A program made the position numbers and the translations under genes. A DNA stretch of 64,000 nt from Stegostoma tigrinum (taxonomy: Eukaryota), in the NCBI RefSeq assembly GCF_030684315.1, contig NC_081391.1, positions 13,741,342 to 13,805,341 on the forward strand, in the 5' to 3' direction. The notes beneath the pieces were generated by a model that was not told the origin of the DNA, ran no database searches, and worked only from the letters and a program-made list of their open reading frames with translations. Each line of letters begins with the position of its first letter. Position 1 is the stretch's first letter. Shown one piece after another: positions 49,388 to 62,800 of this stretch.

Positions 49388-50792
49388 TTAGAAAATAGAA
49401 CCTAGAACAGTGCAGCACAGTTCAGGCCCTTCAGCCCACGATGTTGTTTCGAACTTTTATCCTAAACCCAAGGCCTATCTCACCTCCACTACCTTATACT
49501 TATCATCCATATGTTTATCTAATAGCCGCTTAATTGCCCCTAACGAGGCCGACTCCACGACACTCTCTGGCAATGCATTCCACGCCCCAGCCACTCTCTG
49601 AGTAAAGAATCTACCTCTGACATCCACCCTATATCTACCTCCACTCACTTCAAAACTATGCCCCCTCATAATAGCTAACTCCATCCTAGGAAAAAGTCCC
49701 TGGCTGTCTAATCTGCCTATACTTATGATCATTTTGTACACCTCTATCAAGTCACCTCTCATCCTTTGTTCTGAAGAGAAAAGCCCTCGTTCTCTCAACC
49801 TTTCCTCCAAAGACCTTCCCTCCATTCCAAGCAACATTCTGGTAAATCTCCTCTGCACCTTTTCTAACACTTCCACATCTTTCCTGGAATGAGGTGACCA
49901 GAACTGGACACAATACTCCAGATGTGGCCGAACCAGGCTTTTGTATAGCTGGAGCATAACTTCACAGCTCTTGAAATCAATCCCTCTATTAATGAAAGCT
50001 AACACACCACATGCCTTCTTAACAACTCTATCCACCTGACTGGCAGCTTTCAGGGAACTGTGGACATGAACCCCGAGATCCATCTGCTCCTCCACACTGC
50101 CAAGAATCTTTCCGTTAACCCTGTATTCTGCTTTCAAATTTGTCCTTCCAAAATGAATCACTTCACGCTTTTCAGGGTTAAACTCCGTCTGCCACTTCTC
50201 AGCCCCACTCAGTACCCTATCAATGTCCTTTTGTAACCTAGAACAGCACTCCACACTATCCACAAGTCAAATCACCTTCGTATCTTCCAAAAACTTACTA
50301 ATCCGCCATTCCACTCCTGCATCCAAATCATTTACCAATATCATAAATAAAAGAGGACCCCGAACAGACCCTTGAGGTACACCACTCGTAACTGAGCGCC
50401 ATGTTGAATATTTTCAGTCAACTGTCACCCATGTCTTCTATGGGTCAGCCAATTCTGAATCCAATCTGCCACGTTTCCCCTGTCGCATGCCTCCTGACTT
50501 TCTGCCCGAGCCTGCCATGGGGAACCTTATCAAACGCCTTACTTCAATCCATGTATCCCACATTCACTGATCTACCTTCATCCACACGTTTGGTCATCCC
50601 TTCAAAGAATTCAATCAGATTTGTGAGGCATGATGTACGCCTCACAAATCCGCACTGGCCATCACAAATCATACTGTGCCCATCCAAGTGATCATTAATT
50701 CTGTTTCTTACAGCCCTTCCCATTAATTTGCCCACCACTGGCATAAGACTAGCTGGCCTGTAATTTCCAGGGTTACCCCATTCCCTTTTTTG
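49388..50792 (-). mobile_element. CR1-clade LINE, reverse orientation (paralogue of 8955-10350)
   Basis: Minus-strand ORFs 49475-50263 and 50544-50825 with CR1 RT motifs. Confidence 0.92.
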
Positions 50793-51578
50793 AACACATG
50801 AATAATATTCACATTTGTCATTCAAAGCTAAAAGATAGCACTAGACTGCATCCTGCTTTTTGAAGCAGATATTGAGTGAAAGTAACTTGCTTCCACCAAT
50901 CTGTACATCAGTGCTGTGATCATACTCGAACGTTCATTGGGGATCCTCAATTCCCAAAGCCTCACAGGCCACCAGTCCATGGGAGGCTGCTCCATTCAAT
51001 GCAGTTGCTGAGCCATACATTCTACAGAATGTAATGTAAACAGGACCAGCAACTCTCCACTTGGAAACATGCTGGAGTTTAGCGCTCGATCTACTTCAAA
51101 CAATTTAAAAGCAAACTTTGCGAAAGAAAGTTTGCATGTGCTATACATTTCCAGCAGCAATGTAGACAGGGAGGTGTGAGGTTTACTATGCAGGAGAGGC
51201 ACTCAGCACATTTAGCACCTTGCTTTTCAAACTGCACTTTATGAACCCAACATCAAGGAGATCACAGCAGATTCAGAATGGATCCACAAAGGAATGAGCT
51301 TCCTGTATGAGGTAACCCAAAAGCACATTGTTTCTGTCGCTGCACAGCAATAAGAAAATGTTTACTGTTAACAAAATCTGGCCATTTTTCAATGGGCTCC
51401 AACGCTGTTATTCAACAAGTACAAAGACTAATCCCTCAGAGTAACAAACTGACAGAATTCTGCCAATCTGTGATGAGTGTGTCTTAAGATATAATCTCAG
51501 ATACAATCGTGAACTTTTAGAGTATATTTTATTGTCATTTTCACAGAGAAATATTTCCAGAATTTGCACTTGTGCAGG

Positions 51579-51768
51579 AGGTCAAAGGTCATTCAGCAAT
51601 TCCGTCATCGACCAGTTGTCAATTCTGATCGTTTTCTGGATCCAATTCCCATCCTGCACTGATTGGACGTGGCAGCTGATCAATTGATGAATGAGAGTGA
51701 TTGGCCATCACTGATGATGTCATTTCCTGCTCAAGAAAACGAGGGGGCTGCTGCTCGAGTATAAAAAA
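51579..51768 (+). promoter_or_regulatory. Proximal promoter of ferritin copy B'
   Basis: Perfect DR1 51579-51591, two ATTGG, TGATGTCATTTCCTG, TATAAAAA ~51760. Confidence 0.68.
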
Positions 51769-51872
51769 TGTCCCAAGAGTGTGATGTATGTGGTGTTGTT
51801 GATCATCTTTCCAAGTTTGTTCTTTGATTGTAGAGGAAAAGGAAGGGTTTCCCCCCCCCCACCCCACCCCCA

Positions 51873-52106
51873 NNNNNNNNNNNNNNNNNNNNNNNNNNNN
51901 NNNNNNNNNNNNNNNNNNNNNNNNNNNNNNNNNNNNNNNNNNNNNNNNNNNNNNNNNNNNNNNNNNNNNNNNNNNNNNNNNNNNNNNNNNNNNNNNNNNN
52001 NNNNNNNNNNNNNNNNNNNNNNNNNNNNNNNNNNNNNNNNNNNNNNNNNNNNNNNNNNNNNNNNNNNNNNNNNNNNNNNNNNNNNNNNNNNNNNNNNNNN
52101 NNNNNN
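51873..52106. other. Assembly gap flanked by (CCCCA)n-like C-rich sequence
   Basis: Run of N at 51873-52106, with C-rich flanks at 51851-51872 and 52107-52172. Confidence 0.98.
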
Positions 52107-52175
52107 CCCCCCACCCCACCACCCCCCCCCCCACCCCACCCCACCCCCCACCCCACCCCCCACCCCACACACAAA

Positions 52176-55100
52176 CTGGCCTCCCAGATCAGTCAGAACT
52201 ATCACCAGGATTGTGAAGCTGCTGTCAACAAGCAGATTAATGTGGAGCTCACTGCCTCCTATCTCTATCAGTCTTTGGTGAGTGCTGTCTTGATGGAGTT
52301 GAAATTAAATCTATTCTGCAAATATGAGCTGATCCTCTTGTTTCTAATTAACTTCATAGTCTTGTAGATTTGAGGTGTTCAAGTTCTTAGCTTAAAAATC
52401 ATTTTGGGATAAATGTGATGCCCTTTGGTAACAATGGATTTTGATATTGATGTAGAATAACTAATTCACCAGCTGGGATTGAGTGATAGATGGAGGGCAA
52501 ATTGTTCTGTCAATTATTTTACAATTTACTGCCAGGCCTTTGCCTGGTGGTAACTGTCTATTTTCTCCCCAGAATTGACCAACCTTTACTAAAAATAGAT
52601 GTAATGGTTTTGGGAGTTGTAGGCACCCCTTGGCTAGTCATCCTGAAACATTTTAATATACCTTGATCACACTTTATTTGTCCTCTGATCCTAAATAAAC
52701 ATCATGCCAGTTTCCATTCTGTGATGGAGAATGATGGTGGTGACTGGCTTCTGAGCGTATTCACTTGTAATTTGCATTGAGGAGGCCTCAGATGTGGACT
52801 AGTTGGCTTTCTGCCTTCTCCATTCACGAATGGACTGTTAGTGGTCAGGAAGTCACTTGTTGTCCATTCCTCCAACAGATCAATGCTCTCCTGTGAGTGC
52901 ATGCACAGGGTGTCTAGAATAACCTGAGGTTTTTATTTCAATAAATATGAAGAAATGGGAAATGGCCCCTTTCTCCACGTAGTACTGTGCCCATGCCCTT
53001 CCAAAATGGAAGGATGTAATGGTTTGGAAATGTTGAAGCAGATTTTGAAGGCTGCTGGGTACCTAGTAGGTAGTGGACACCAGGAGTGCATTCACTCACT
53101 CCCTTCAATGAGGTGGGCTGCTCTATCCTGCACAGTGTCTACTTTGTGCATGTTGCAGCTCCACTTCTTGGGACAAGGGGACAATATTTATCCCTTGTGG
53201 GGCTTATCACTGAGAAGCCATCTCTTCCCACTCTTTCAGGATGAAATCCCTGTACCCTTCCCTTTAGCAGGTGGGAACAGCTATCACCAATAAGCCTTTT
53301 GGGTCTTAACTGTCAGTGGTGTCCCTCATCAATTGGGCAGCATGTGCCCAAACAACCCACTATCCTCCATCTGTAAGATGCAGCTACCCAAGTTAAGCCA
53401 GAGAAATTTACACAACTGTTTTTTGACAAAAGAAGCTTCTTAGCCTGATCAGTAGGAACTAGATAACCTGCTTTAACAAGGTGTCAAGCTGGATGAACAC
53501 AGCAGGCCAAGCAGCATCAGGGAAGCTGATGTTTTGGGCCTGGACCCTTCAGAAATGGGGAGGGGAATGGGTCCCTGACATAGGAAGGGGTGGGGAGGTG
53601 GATGGATGAGGGATAAAGAAACAGATGGTGAGGAGACAGAGGTCTGAGGTGAGGATAGGGCCAAAAAGGCCAAATGAGTTGGGTAGGCTTGTCCAGGGAG
53701 GTGGGGATGGGTTTTGAGGTAGGGGTGGTGTGGGGAAGTAGGTGGGAGGAAGGATGGACAAGCTAGGGAGGTGGGGACCAGCTGGGCTGTGATTGGGGGC
53801 AGGGAGATCTTTCAGCTTAAGTCCTCACTGATACCATTGGGCTGCAGGGTTCCCAAGCAGAATACAAGGTGCTGTTCCTGCAACCTTTGGGTGGCATTGG
53901 AGGCCCAGAATGGACATCAACTGTCCCCTCCTGCTCCTCTGAAGGGGAAGTAGTTTGTGACTGGGAGGTGCAGCTGCCAGTCATGAGCCAAGCATGGGTG
54001 CTCCACAAAGTGGAGTCAAGCCTCTGCTCGGCTTTCCTGATGTAGAGAAGGCCACATTAGGAACAGTGGATACAGTATACATCACTGCAGATGTGTAGGT
54101 GAACATCTGCTTGATGTGGAAGGTCTTGGGCCCTGGGATGGGGGGGGAGGTGTAGCACTATCTGTGTGGCAGTTAAAGCCCTGGCTGGAGGGGCTAGTGG
54201 AATGGACAAGGAATCAGTGGTCTCTCCAGAAGGCAGCTAAGGTTGGGGAGGTAAAAAATGTCTTGGCCAGATCGCAGATGGTCGAAGTGCCAGAGGATGA
54301 TGCATTGGATCCAGGCATTGAGGCGGTACTGAAGGATGAGAGGATTCTGTTTTGGTTGTGTGCGGGATAAGTTGCAAGACGCTGTTGTGTTTTTCTTCAA
54401 CTGAAGGTAAGTTACACTTCATTGGAAAATGAGGACATCTGGGATGCCCAGGAGTAGAATGCCTCCCCTCAGGGCTGGAGGTGAAGGAATTGGATTAGGA
54501 GATGGCACTTTCCTTCCACAGGAAGGTGGGTGAGGTGTATTCTAGGTAGCTGTAGGAGTCAGTAGGTTAGAAATATATCCAAGGATATATCGAAGATTGA
54601 TAGATCAACTTAAGGTTGAGGTAGAAGGTTCTAATGAATTAGAGGAACTGTTCAAGCTCTTTGTGGGATGTAATAGAGGAAGATGTGGAGTTTATGGCCC
54701 ATCTCGCTGTAGAAGGATTGTTCCACATATCCTACCAAGAAGCAGGCACAGCTTGTACCTATGGCCACCCCCTTCCTCTGTAGGAGTTGGGAGGAATTGA
54801 AGGAGAAGTTGGGGGTGAGGATGAGTTTGCTAGGTGGACAAGGTTGTTGGTGAACAGGGACCAGTCAGGCCTGCAGGACGAGAGAAGCAGAGGGAATTAG
54901 GCCATCTCCATGGGGAATGGATGAGGTTGGAGGCTGTGGGTGGGAGGTAACCTCCAGTGAGGTTGTGGATGGACTAGGAGATGGTTTGGTGGTCAGCGGT
55001 GGAGTCATGATCAAGGTGGGTAGGTGGTAGGAGGCATCGGCTGCTCTTCCACACAACTACATGTGGCACTCCAGCTCCTGGCATTTCCTTTAAACCCTGT

Positions 55101-56690
55101 TCAGTCACGAACTTCATCCAATTCTGATGGTGCTTAGAGTGGATATGTTCTTCTCTCTACAGACAAGAACAGGCCTGGTCAATTCACAGGTTTTTGTAAA
55201 GGAATTTTAAAAAATAGGGTATTTGCCTGGTTACCAGGAGGAGGCGAGGGTTGTTTTTGATGATTCTTGAACTGGAGCCACTGGCTAACTGGACAATGGT
55301 TCTCCTCCAACTTGATGTATCTAATATTTATTGACTTCTCAATTTGAAGGTGAAACCAGTCATGTCTGGCACCAATTGTATGATGTTTAATGGATGTAAC
55401 TTGTTTTCTCCCAGGTGTCGTACTTTGACCAGGATGATGTTGCTCTCCCCCATGTCTCCCGGTTCTTCAAAGATCAGTCCCAGGTGAAGCAGGAACGTGC
55501 AGAGAAGCTGCTGAAATTCCAGAATCAGCGTGGAGGCCAAGTCTTCCTCCAGGATGTGAAGTTTGGAGTTGGGTTTTTGGGGTGGGGGGAGTTGGGTGGT
55601 AGAGTGGCTGCTCCTCAGGGATGGCACAGTGACTCAGTGTTTACCATGCCTGCCTCAGTGCCAGGGATCCAAGTTGGTTCTTGGTTCTAGGCTCCAGTGA
55701 ATGAGTGATGTTTACTTGCTCTTGCCATGTCCACATTGGCTTCACAGTTCAATGATGTGTGTGTTAGAAGGATTGCCATTTAAAATGCAGGGTGACAAGA
55801 ATAAGGTGGGATTCTTCACGGAGAAGGGCCTTGTCGCAACAAACGTAGTGGCTGTACCTGCTGATCGGGGATGAATGAAATGATGCAGTGACCTTGGTTA
55901 TTGTCACCATGAGTCAAATAGCCTGTTCCCATGCTGCAGAGATTGTGAAGCTTACCTGTCCTCTCTCCATCCGCAGAAGCCAGAGAGGGATGAGTGGGGT
56001 AACAGCCTGCAGGCAATGCAGGTTGCCCTGGATTTGGAGAAGAATGTGAACCAGAGTTTGCTGGATCTACACCAACTCGCCACAGCCCAGACTGACCCTC
56101 ATGTAAGCTTCACCTCTTCATTCTCATCACTGCCATGCCTCTTCAACTTCATTGGTTGGTCTTTGTGGAGTGGAAATTCGCAGACGTAACTTTGTCCAGA
56201 TGCTACATTGTACCTTTGTCATCATAATTATGATGACAATGTTAAACTGCTCAACACCGAACTGAAATAGGAATTTGGATTACAGTCTAGTGGGAATGCT
56301 GATGTGACTTTTTTGACTGCTGAATTGGGGATTGTTGCACTATACAAGACAACTTGGAGCTCTTTGAGAAGGTGAGATGGAGCAGCTGAAATGTCCTCAC
56401 TGGCACAAATTCTCCACCTGTTAGCTAGATTTTCAGGGCTGTCTAGAGCTAGTTATGGCTCAGTCTTTTTCAGGAGGAATTGTGAAGTTGTCTTGGATAG
56501 TATAAATGTACCAAGTGTCATATTCCTCTGTTGCAGCTGTGACTTCCTGGAGACTCACTATTTGGATGAGGAGGTGGAGATCATCAAGCAACTTGGGGAC
56601 TACATCACCAACCTGAAGCGCCTGGGAGCCCCTGAGAATGGGATGGGAGAGTACCTGTTTGACAGGCTCTCCCTGGAGGACAGCAGTTAG
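52176..56690 (+). pseudogene. Ferritin copy B'/C' chimera; pseudogene
   Basis: Exons 52176-52277 (start reads CTG, next to the gap), 55415-55561 (E61V, H65R; donor AAG|TTTGGA), 55977-56102, 56537-56690 (2-bp deletion gives CTG TGA, an immediate stop). Introns 1-2 match B; intron 3 and the 3' flank match C. Confidence 0.87.
53473..55040 (-). mobile_element. Degenerate Penelope-like element in intron 1 of B' (paralogue of 12745-14320)
   Basis: Collinear with the B-intron element, including the [19 protein letters not shown] remnant and the terminal repeat. Confidence 0.8.
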
Positions 56691-59606
56691 TGTGGCCTGG
56701 AGTACTGTCTGCTTGGTCTGAATGCATTCCCCACTTCACCCTGGACAACCTGTCTCCTTCCAGGGAGAAGGGACTTGGAGCAAAGAATGTGATGGCTGTA
56801 CCAGCTGAATGGGAATGAATAAAATCATGTATTGATCTTGTTTATTGTCCATCATTCAGAGCACTGGATATTTTGGGAAATGTCTTATTGAGCGTGAAGG
56901 CAGTCCTCTTTCTGTAGTTTGGCTGACCCAATTACTAATTGGACATGAAAACAACTTTTCAATGGATGTATTTACTAACTCTCGATCATTGCACAGTAAC
57001 TAGTTGGACTTGCTTTTTCTCATGACACAGACTCAAGACTTTCCCCTCTTAATAGGATGAGGTTGGTGTTTCCACAATTGTGGGATGGAAAATCTTCCAG
57101 AGGTCAATTAGTACACTTCTGGATACTGTAGGTTCAATTGTAGTTCAGAACTTGTCTTCCTTTTTGAAACAGGAAGTTCCCGTACCTTCTCTAAGGGATA
57201 AACCAGACGCCCATTCCATAGAATCTGGGATATCTACGTTCAATGCCAGGTTTCCCTTCCTACAGCCTCCCCTCAGTCACCACTCAGTCACCACGAGCAA
57301 TGAGATTTGTCACTCGGACACTAATCTAATGGGAAGACAAGTCTGTGATCTGGAGGCTGGATCAGTTGACAAAATGCTGGCGGGAGTAGATATATCAAGT
57401 TCTGCTCTCAATCCAGTTGCAGGAACCAGCTAAGTTAGGAAAGACACAGGCTTGATTCATCTGGTGTAACCTCCCCAGCGAGGCCCTACCATGACCAGTA
57501 TTTTCTATTCTCAGCGTTGTTGTTTTTGGCCTCCTGTGGATGTAGCCTAGGGATCTTGGAGCCGGTTATGGATCAAAGCAGGACCAGCACTGGAGGCCTG
57601 TGACCTTCTCTTTCTCCCCATCTCTTGTTCCAGCTAACTGCAGTTGCACCCCCTGCCTGGTTCAATCCCTCTTGACAGTTCTGAGGAAGGGTGGCTGGAC
57701 TCACTGTGGGTTGGCTTTTTCATTCCTCCATCTGAGTAACATAGCCCGCTCCATCTTTGCTCACGAAGGAGTCAGTCCACACTGGCGCTGAGCTTTTCCC
57801 AATAGCAATCCAAAATTGTCTTTAATGTGGCATCCTCCCCTTCTTCCTCCACCACACCCCCCTTCTCTTCCCAGCGTTCACTCCAACAAGCTACCCAGCC
57901 CAGATCTGGGAAAATTCAGCACAAACGTTTGCAGAAGCCACTTACCAACAGGTCAGCTGGAATTCCCCTGATCTGTATGAGATTACAATGTCTGCTCTTG
58001 ATGCTAACCTCCTGCTCAGGGACACCCTGTTCCCTTAATCCCACATTTCCCATGGCTAATCTAACAAATCCGAATGCCCCTTGTCACTGTCAGCAATTAT
58101 CTTTGCCAATCGACCTAATCTGCAACCCATTGGACTAGGGGAGGGAGTCGGAGCAGATGGTGGAAATCCATGCAGACACAGGGAGAATGTGCAAACTCCA
58201 CTCATGTTGCCAAAGGCTCGAATTGAACCAGAGTCCCTGTGGCTGTGACGTATCAGTGCTCACCACTGAGCCCCCATCACGTCCAAAAGTACCAAACAAA
58301 AGGGGGAGGCTGTTGCACAGTCATCAAGTCGTACATCATGGAAATAGACTCTTCTGCCCACACAGTCCCTACACACCAGGTTTCCAAAACTCTGTAGTGC
58401 CATTTGGCCCATCTTCCTCGAAGCCATTCCTTCCCCCATAAGTGTCCAAATGTCTCATCAAAGTGGTAATTATACGCACCTCGACCGCTTCTTCTGGCAG
58501 CTCGTTCCATACACACACACACCACCCTCTGTGTGAAAACATGGTCCCTCATGTCCCTTTTAAATTTTTGCCCCTCTCCCCTCAAACCGATGCCCTCCAG
58601 TTTTGGACTCCCCTACCCTGTCCCAGCATGCTTTTTATATACAGTCAATCTCGAGTGTGCCAAGGGCAAGGCTACATTTAGTGCTCAGCAACAGTTACAC
58701 TTCAGGAGGTGGTGTTGAGCTGCTTATTACAGTCCACCTGGTGTAGGAGAGACCGGAATGATGCTGCTGCTGCTGCTGAGGAGGGGCTTCTGGGATGTTC
58801 ATTCACAAACAGGGATATTGTTCCAGGTCAGGATGGTGATAGATTTACATGGAGCTGCTTCAGTGTTGCTGGGCCTGCACTGAGCTATAATTGTGAACAA
58901 TCCCAGCACTATTAATTAATACTTCCTCACTCCGGTCTTAAAGATCGCAGACAGGTTTTGGACAGTCAGGAAGGAGTTGAGAAGTTCACAGCAGAATTCC
59001 TAGCCTGTGACTTCCCAGTTTCTGAGCTGTTCGTTCTACAGAATGCAATGTAAATAGCTGCAGAAACTCTCTGCTTCAAAACATGCTGGAGTTAAGTACC
59101 AGTTGTCCTTGAAATTGTTAAGAACTGAATACAGAGATAAAAATGTTGAACATACAATACATTTCCAACAGCTGACAACTGGGCCATTTAAATATAGAGG
59201 CCTGAGGCCGACTGTGCGCCTGAGGCACTCAGAATATTTAAAGTTTTAATTTTCGAACTCGGTTTCGTGAGATCTAAAGTCACTGACAATCTGGCAGATT
59301 CAAAATGGATCCTTTAAGGACATCAGTTTCCTGTATTAAATGGTCCGGAAGCACATGAATTTTGTTGCTGCACAGCGATAGGAAAATGTTTACTGTCAAC
59401 AAAATCTGGCCATTTCTCATTGGGCTCCAACACTGTCGTTCAAAAGGTACAAAGAGTAATCCCTCAGAGTAACAAACTGACAGAATTCAGCAAATCTGTG
59501 ATGAGCGAGTCTTCATACATAAACGCAGATACAAAAGTGAAGTTCTCGAGTCTATTTTATTCTCATTTTCAGGTTAATAAACTTATACAATTTGTTCTTG
59601 CACAGG

Positions 59607-59794
59607 AGGTCAAAGGTCAGTCAGCAATTCCATCATCGACCAGTTGTCAATTCTGATCGGTTTCTGGATCCAATTCCCATCCTGCACTGATTGGACGTGG
59701 CAACTGATCAATTGAGTAACAAGAGTAATTGGCCATCACTGATGATGCCATTTCCTGCTTCACAAAGTGAGGGTCTGCTCCTGGAGCATAAATA
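59607..59794 (+). promoter_or_regulatory. Proximal promoter of ferritin copy D' (TATA mutated to CATAAATA)
   Basis: Perfect DR1 59607-59619, ATTGG boxes, CATAAATA 59787-59794. Confidence 0.65.
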
Positions 59795-59889
59795 ACGTCC
59801 TAAGAGAATGCTGTTTTAGGTGTAGTTGGTTTTCTTTTTCTAGTTATAATTTGATTGTGAAGGAAAAGGAAAGTTGTTTCTATCACAAG

Positions 59890-62800
59890 ATGGCCTCCCA
59901 GATCAGTCAGAACTATCACCAGGATTGTGAAGCTGCTGTCAACAAGCAGATTAATGTGGAGCTCACTGCCTCCTATCTCTATCAGTCTTTGGTGAGTGTC
60001 CCTGTAGTGTTGGATTTAAATCTGTTATGAAGTGAACTTTTTCTTAAAAAACTAGATTAACACTCTTGTAGACTTTTCTTTGTATCTCTTGCCTATTTCT
60101 TGAGTCAGGGTAAATGTGATGACAATGGGATATGATACTGATATGCAGCAACTGAGGCCCCAGTTGTCTCAATGATATAGGGAGGGTGAAGCATCTTGTG
60201 ATTTATCTTAAAATTCCTTTTAGGGCTGTGATTGCCTATAACTGACCGTGGTTCTCCATAATTTTCTAAACGACTGTCAAGTTTTGATGATCAAGATAAC
60301 ATTTGGCTAATTACCTTTTTTAAATCTGCCTTGATGTATCTATTTTAATTTTCAGCATGTAAATAAACAAACAAACATACTGATTTTGGTATTTACAATG
60401 AAGTGTTGTAGTAATTTGACCAATCAGATTTGGTTAAGCTGAACTCTAGTCCTCCAGGTAAAACAGGCTGCTACCTACTTAAGTAGGTCTCCTATATTTT
60501 GGCTTCTTGTACTCTATCATGAGGTGGGTTTGATCCATCACTTCACAACCTATAGATAGTTGACTTGTGGGTGCCCTGCACCCACCCCCGCCCCACCAGG
60601 GCTGCTGGAACATGCTGAGGCTATTGACTTCAGGGGTGAAGAAATAAATGTTCCTTTACCATTTAACCAGATAAAAAAAACAAACTGGCCCCTCCCACCA
60701 TGTGGTGGTGCCCCTGTGCCCTTCCAAGGGGTAGAATATGTTCAGAAGGTGTTGCAGTCCCCTTGGTGAGTGCTGCAGGGGACCTGGTAGATAATGGACC
60801 CTGAAAGGAGGTGGTGAATGCAGTCCCCATGAAGTGGGCTGCTCTGTCCTGGATGGTGTCTGCTTCTTGCATGTGGCAGCTCCACTTCTTCAGACACATG
60901 GAGAATATTCATCACTCTCTGGGCTTGTGCTTGTTGGAGCGAAGCGGCCTCTAAATGACATGAGGATCAAGCCCCTATAACCTACCTTTTTGGGAGGTGG
61001 AACAGCTTTAACTAGTGAACCAATTGTTGGGTTTTAGTCACTGACCACTGTCCCAACTCAATAGGGAATCTTGTGTGCTGATAATAAAATCCCCACTATT
61101 CTACACCTTCTATGACTTAACTACCCCATTAAACCACTTTTTTTTAACTTTTTTTGTTTTTATTTGAGGATTAAACTAACTTTTCACCAGGATTCCACCC
61201 AAGAACGAAATCTTCTTTTGAAGAAGTCAATAGACTACTCCTAATCAACAATAACTTGTTGGATTGTGAATCTCAGTTGAAAAGTGAGTGAAATGAGTGG
61301 GGAAACAATAGTTTAGATCTTGGAATAAGCTAAATTGAGCTCTCCAGCTTTGCAATCTATAGATCATGTGACTTGTTCATAGTCCTGCAGATACTATTAG
61401 GTCTCCTGAACATTCGATCTTGTTTCAGTTGTGAATTTTTTTAATGCTTTGCTTTGCAAGCTTCTGGCAACCTGAGTGCACTGCATAAACAAATGTGATA
61501 AACTATTGCTGCAACAAGCCAAAGGCTATCACTGGGCAGGCTCTCCTTTAGCACCAAGATTCTCCAAATTGCCCTCATTCTCCTGCATACTGCAAACAGC
61601 ATCTCTTGTAGAGCTGCTTTATGTAAAGAAAAAATACAGTACATCTGATCCAACTGGTTGCAGAAGACCTGTACCTACTCGCTACATTCATGTCCAGCAT
61701 CTGCATGCTACTCTAGCACCAGGGGAGACATGTAATGACTTGAAGTTGCCTGACCCTGTGCACATCCTGCATTCCAGCTCCTGGCACTTGGTTAAACCCT
61801 ATTCAGTTACCACTTCCATCCAATTCTGGAGGCTAGATGGCAGAAATGTGCATTCAGCTTTTCTATCTAGGCTGTGCCAGACCCACACCCCCAAACAATT
61901 CAGCAGGGTTTATAAACCCAAACACTGAAATTGTATCTTACATGGAAGAAGCTGGGGTTGTTTGGTTTCCTCCAATTAAAGGAGCTGCTGGCTAACTTTG
62001 CAACACCATTAGTGAACATTGTAAGGTGTCAACAATTTTCAGCTGATTGAATCATTAGTTTGCTTTAGACTAAACCAGTCCTCCAGTTCTGAGCATGAGA
62101 AATGGGGTCAATGATGTGTTTAATGGGCTTTAACTTTTGTTCTCCCTTCCAGATGTCCTACTTTGACCGGGATGATGTTGCCCTCGCCCATGTCTCCCGG
62201 TTCTTCAAAGATCAGTCCCAAGAGAAGCAGGAACATGCAGAGAAGCTGCTGAAATTCCAGAATCAGCGTGGAGGCAGAGTCCTCCTCCAGGATGTGAAGG
62301 TTGGAGTTTTTGGTGGGGGGTTGTGTGGCAGTGTGCAGGAATGGCAGCTCATGGTGTTTTCTGTCATTAGTGACAGGATTTTCACGTGGTAAAGGGTGTG
62401 TAGGTTAGAGTTGGAGAACTTAGGCAGTGGGGAGGAGATGTGAGAAATGGCTGCTTGTGGTGAGGTTTCATGTCCTGAAAGAAAGTGAAAACTGTTCTTG
62501 TTTGGCTCCCCTCCTTTTGACTAAAAGGGAAGATCCTCGAAACAAGCCTCTTGGCTCCCCTCCACCTGCTGCTTCTCCACACCGCGCCCCCCCCCCCCCC
62601 ACCCCACCCCACCCCACCCCATGCTGACCCAACAAACACCAAACCACATTCATCCCATTTACTGCACTTGGTCTCCAGCCCCCATGGCATTGGTAGTTGT
62701 CTAGAAGCTGCTTCAATATTGCAGCAGTAGATGCCTCCCCCACTGCCCCACCCACCCATATTATTTTTCCACTACCCTCTCGGCAAAGGATTCCTCTAAC

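Noticed and set aside
51619-52281. Pro/Gly-rich ORFs spanning the gap
   Set aside because: Artefacts of the N run and C-rich low-complexity flanks.
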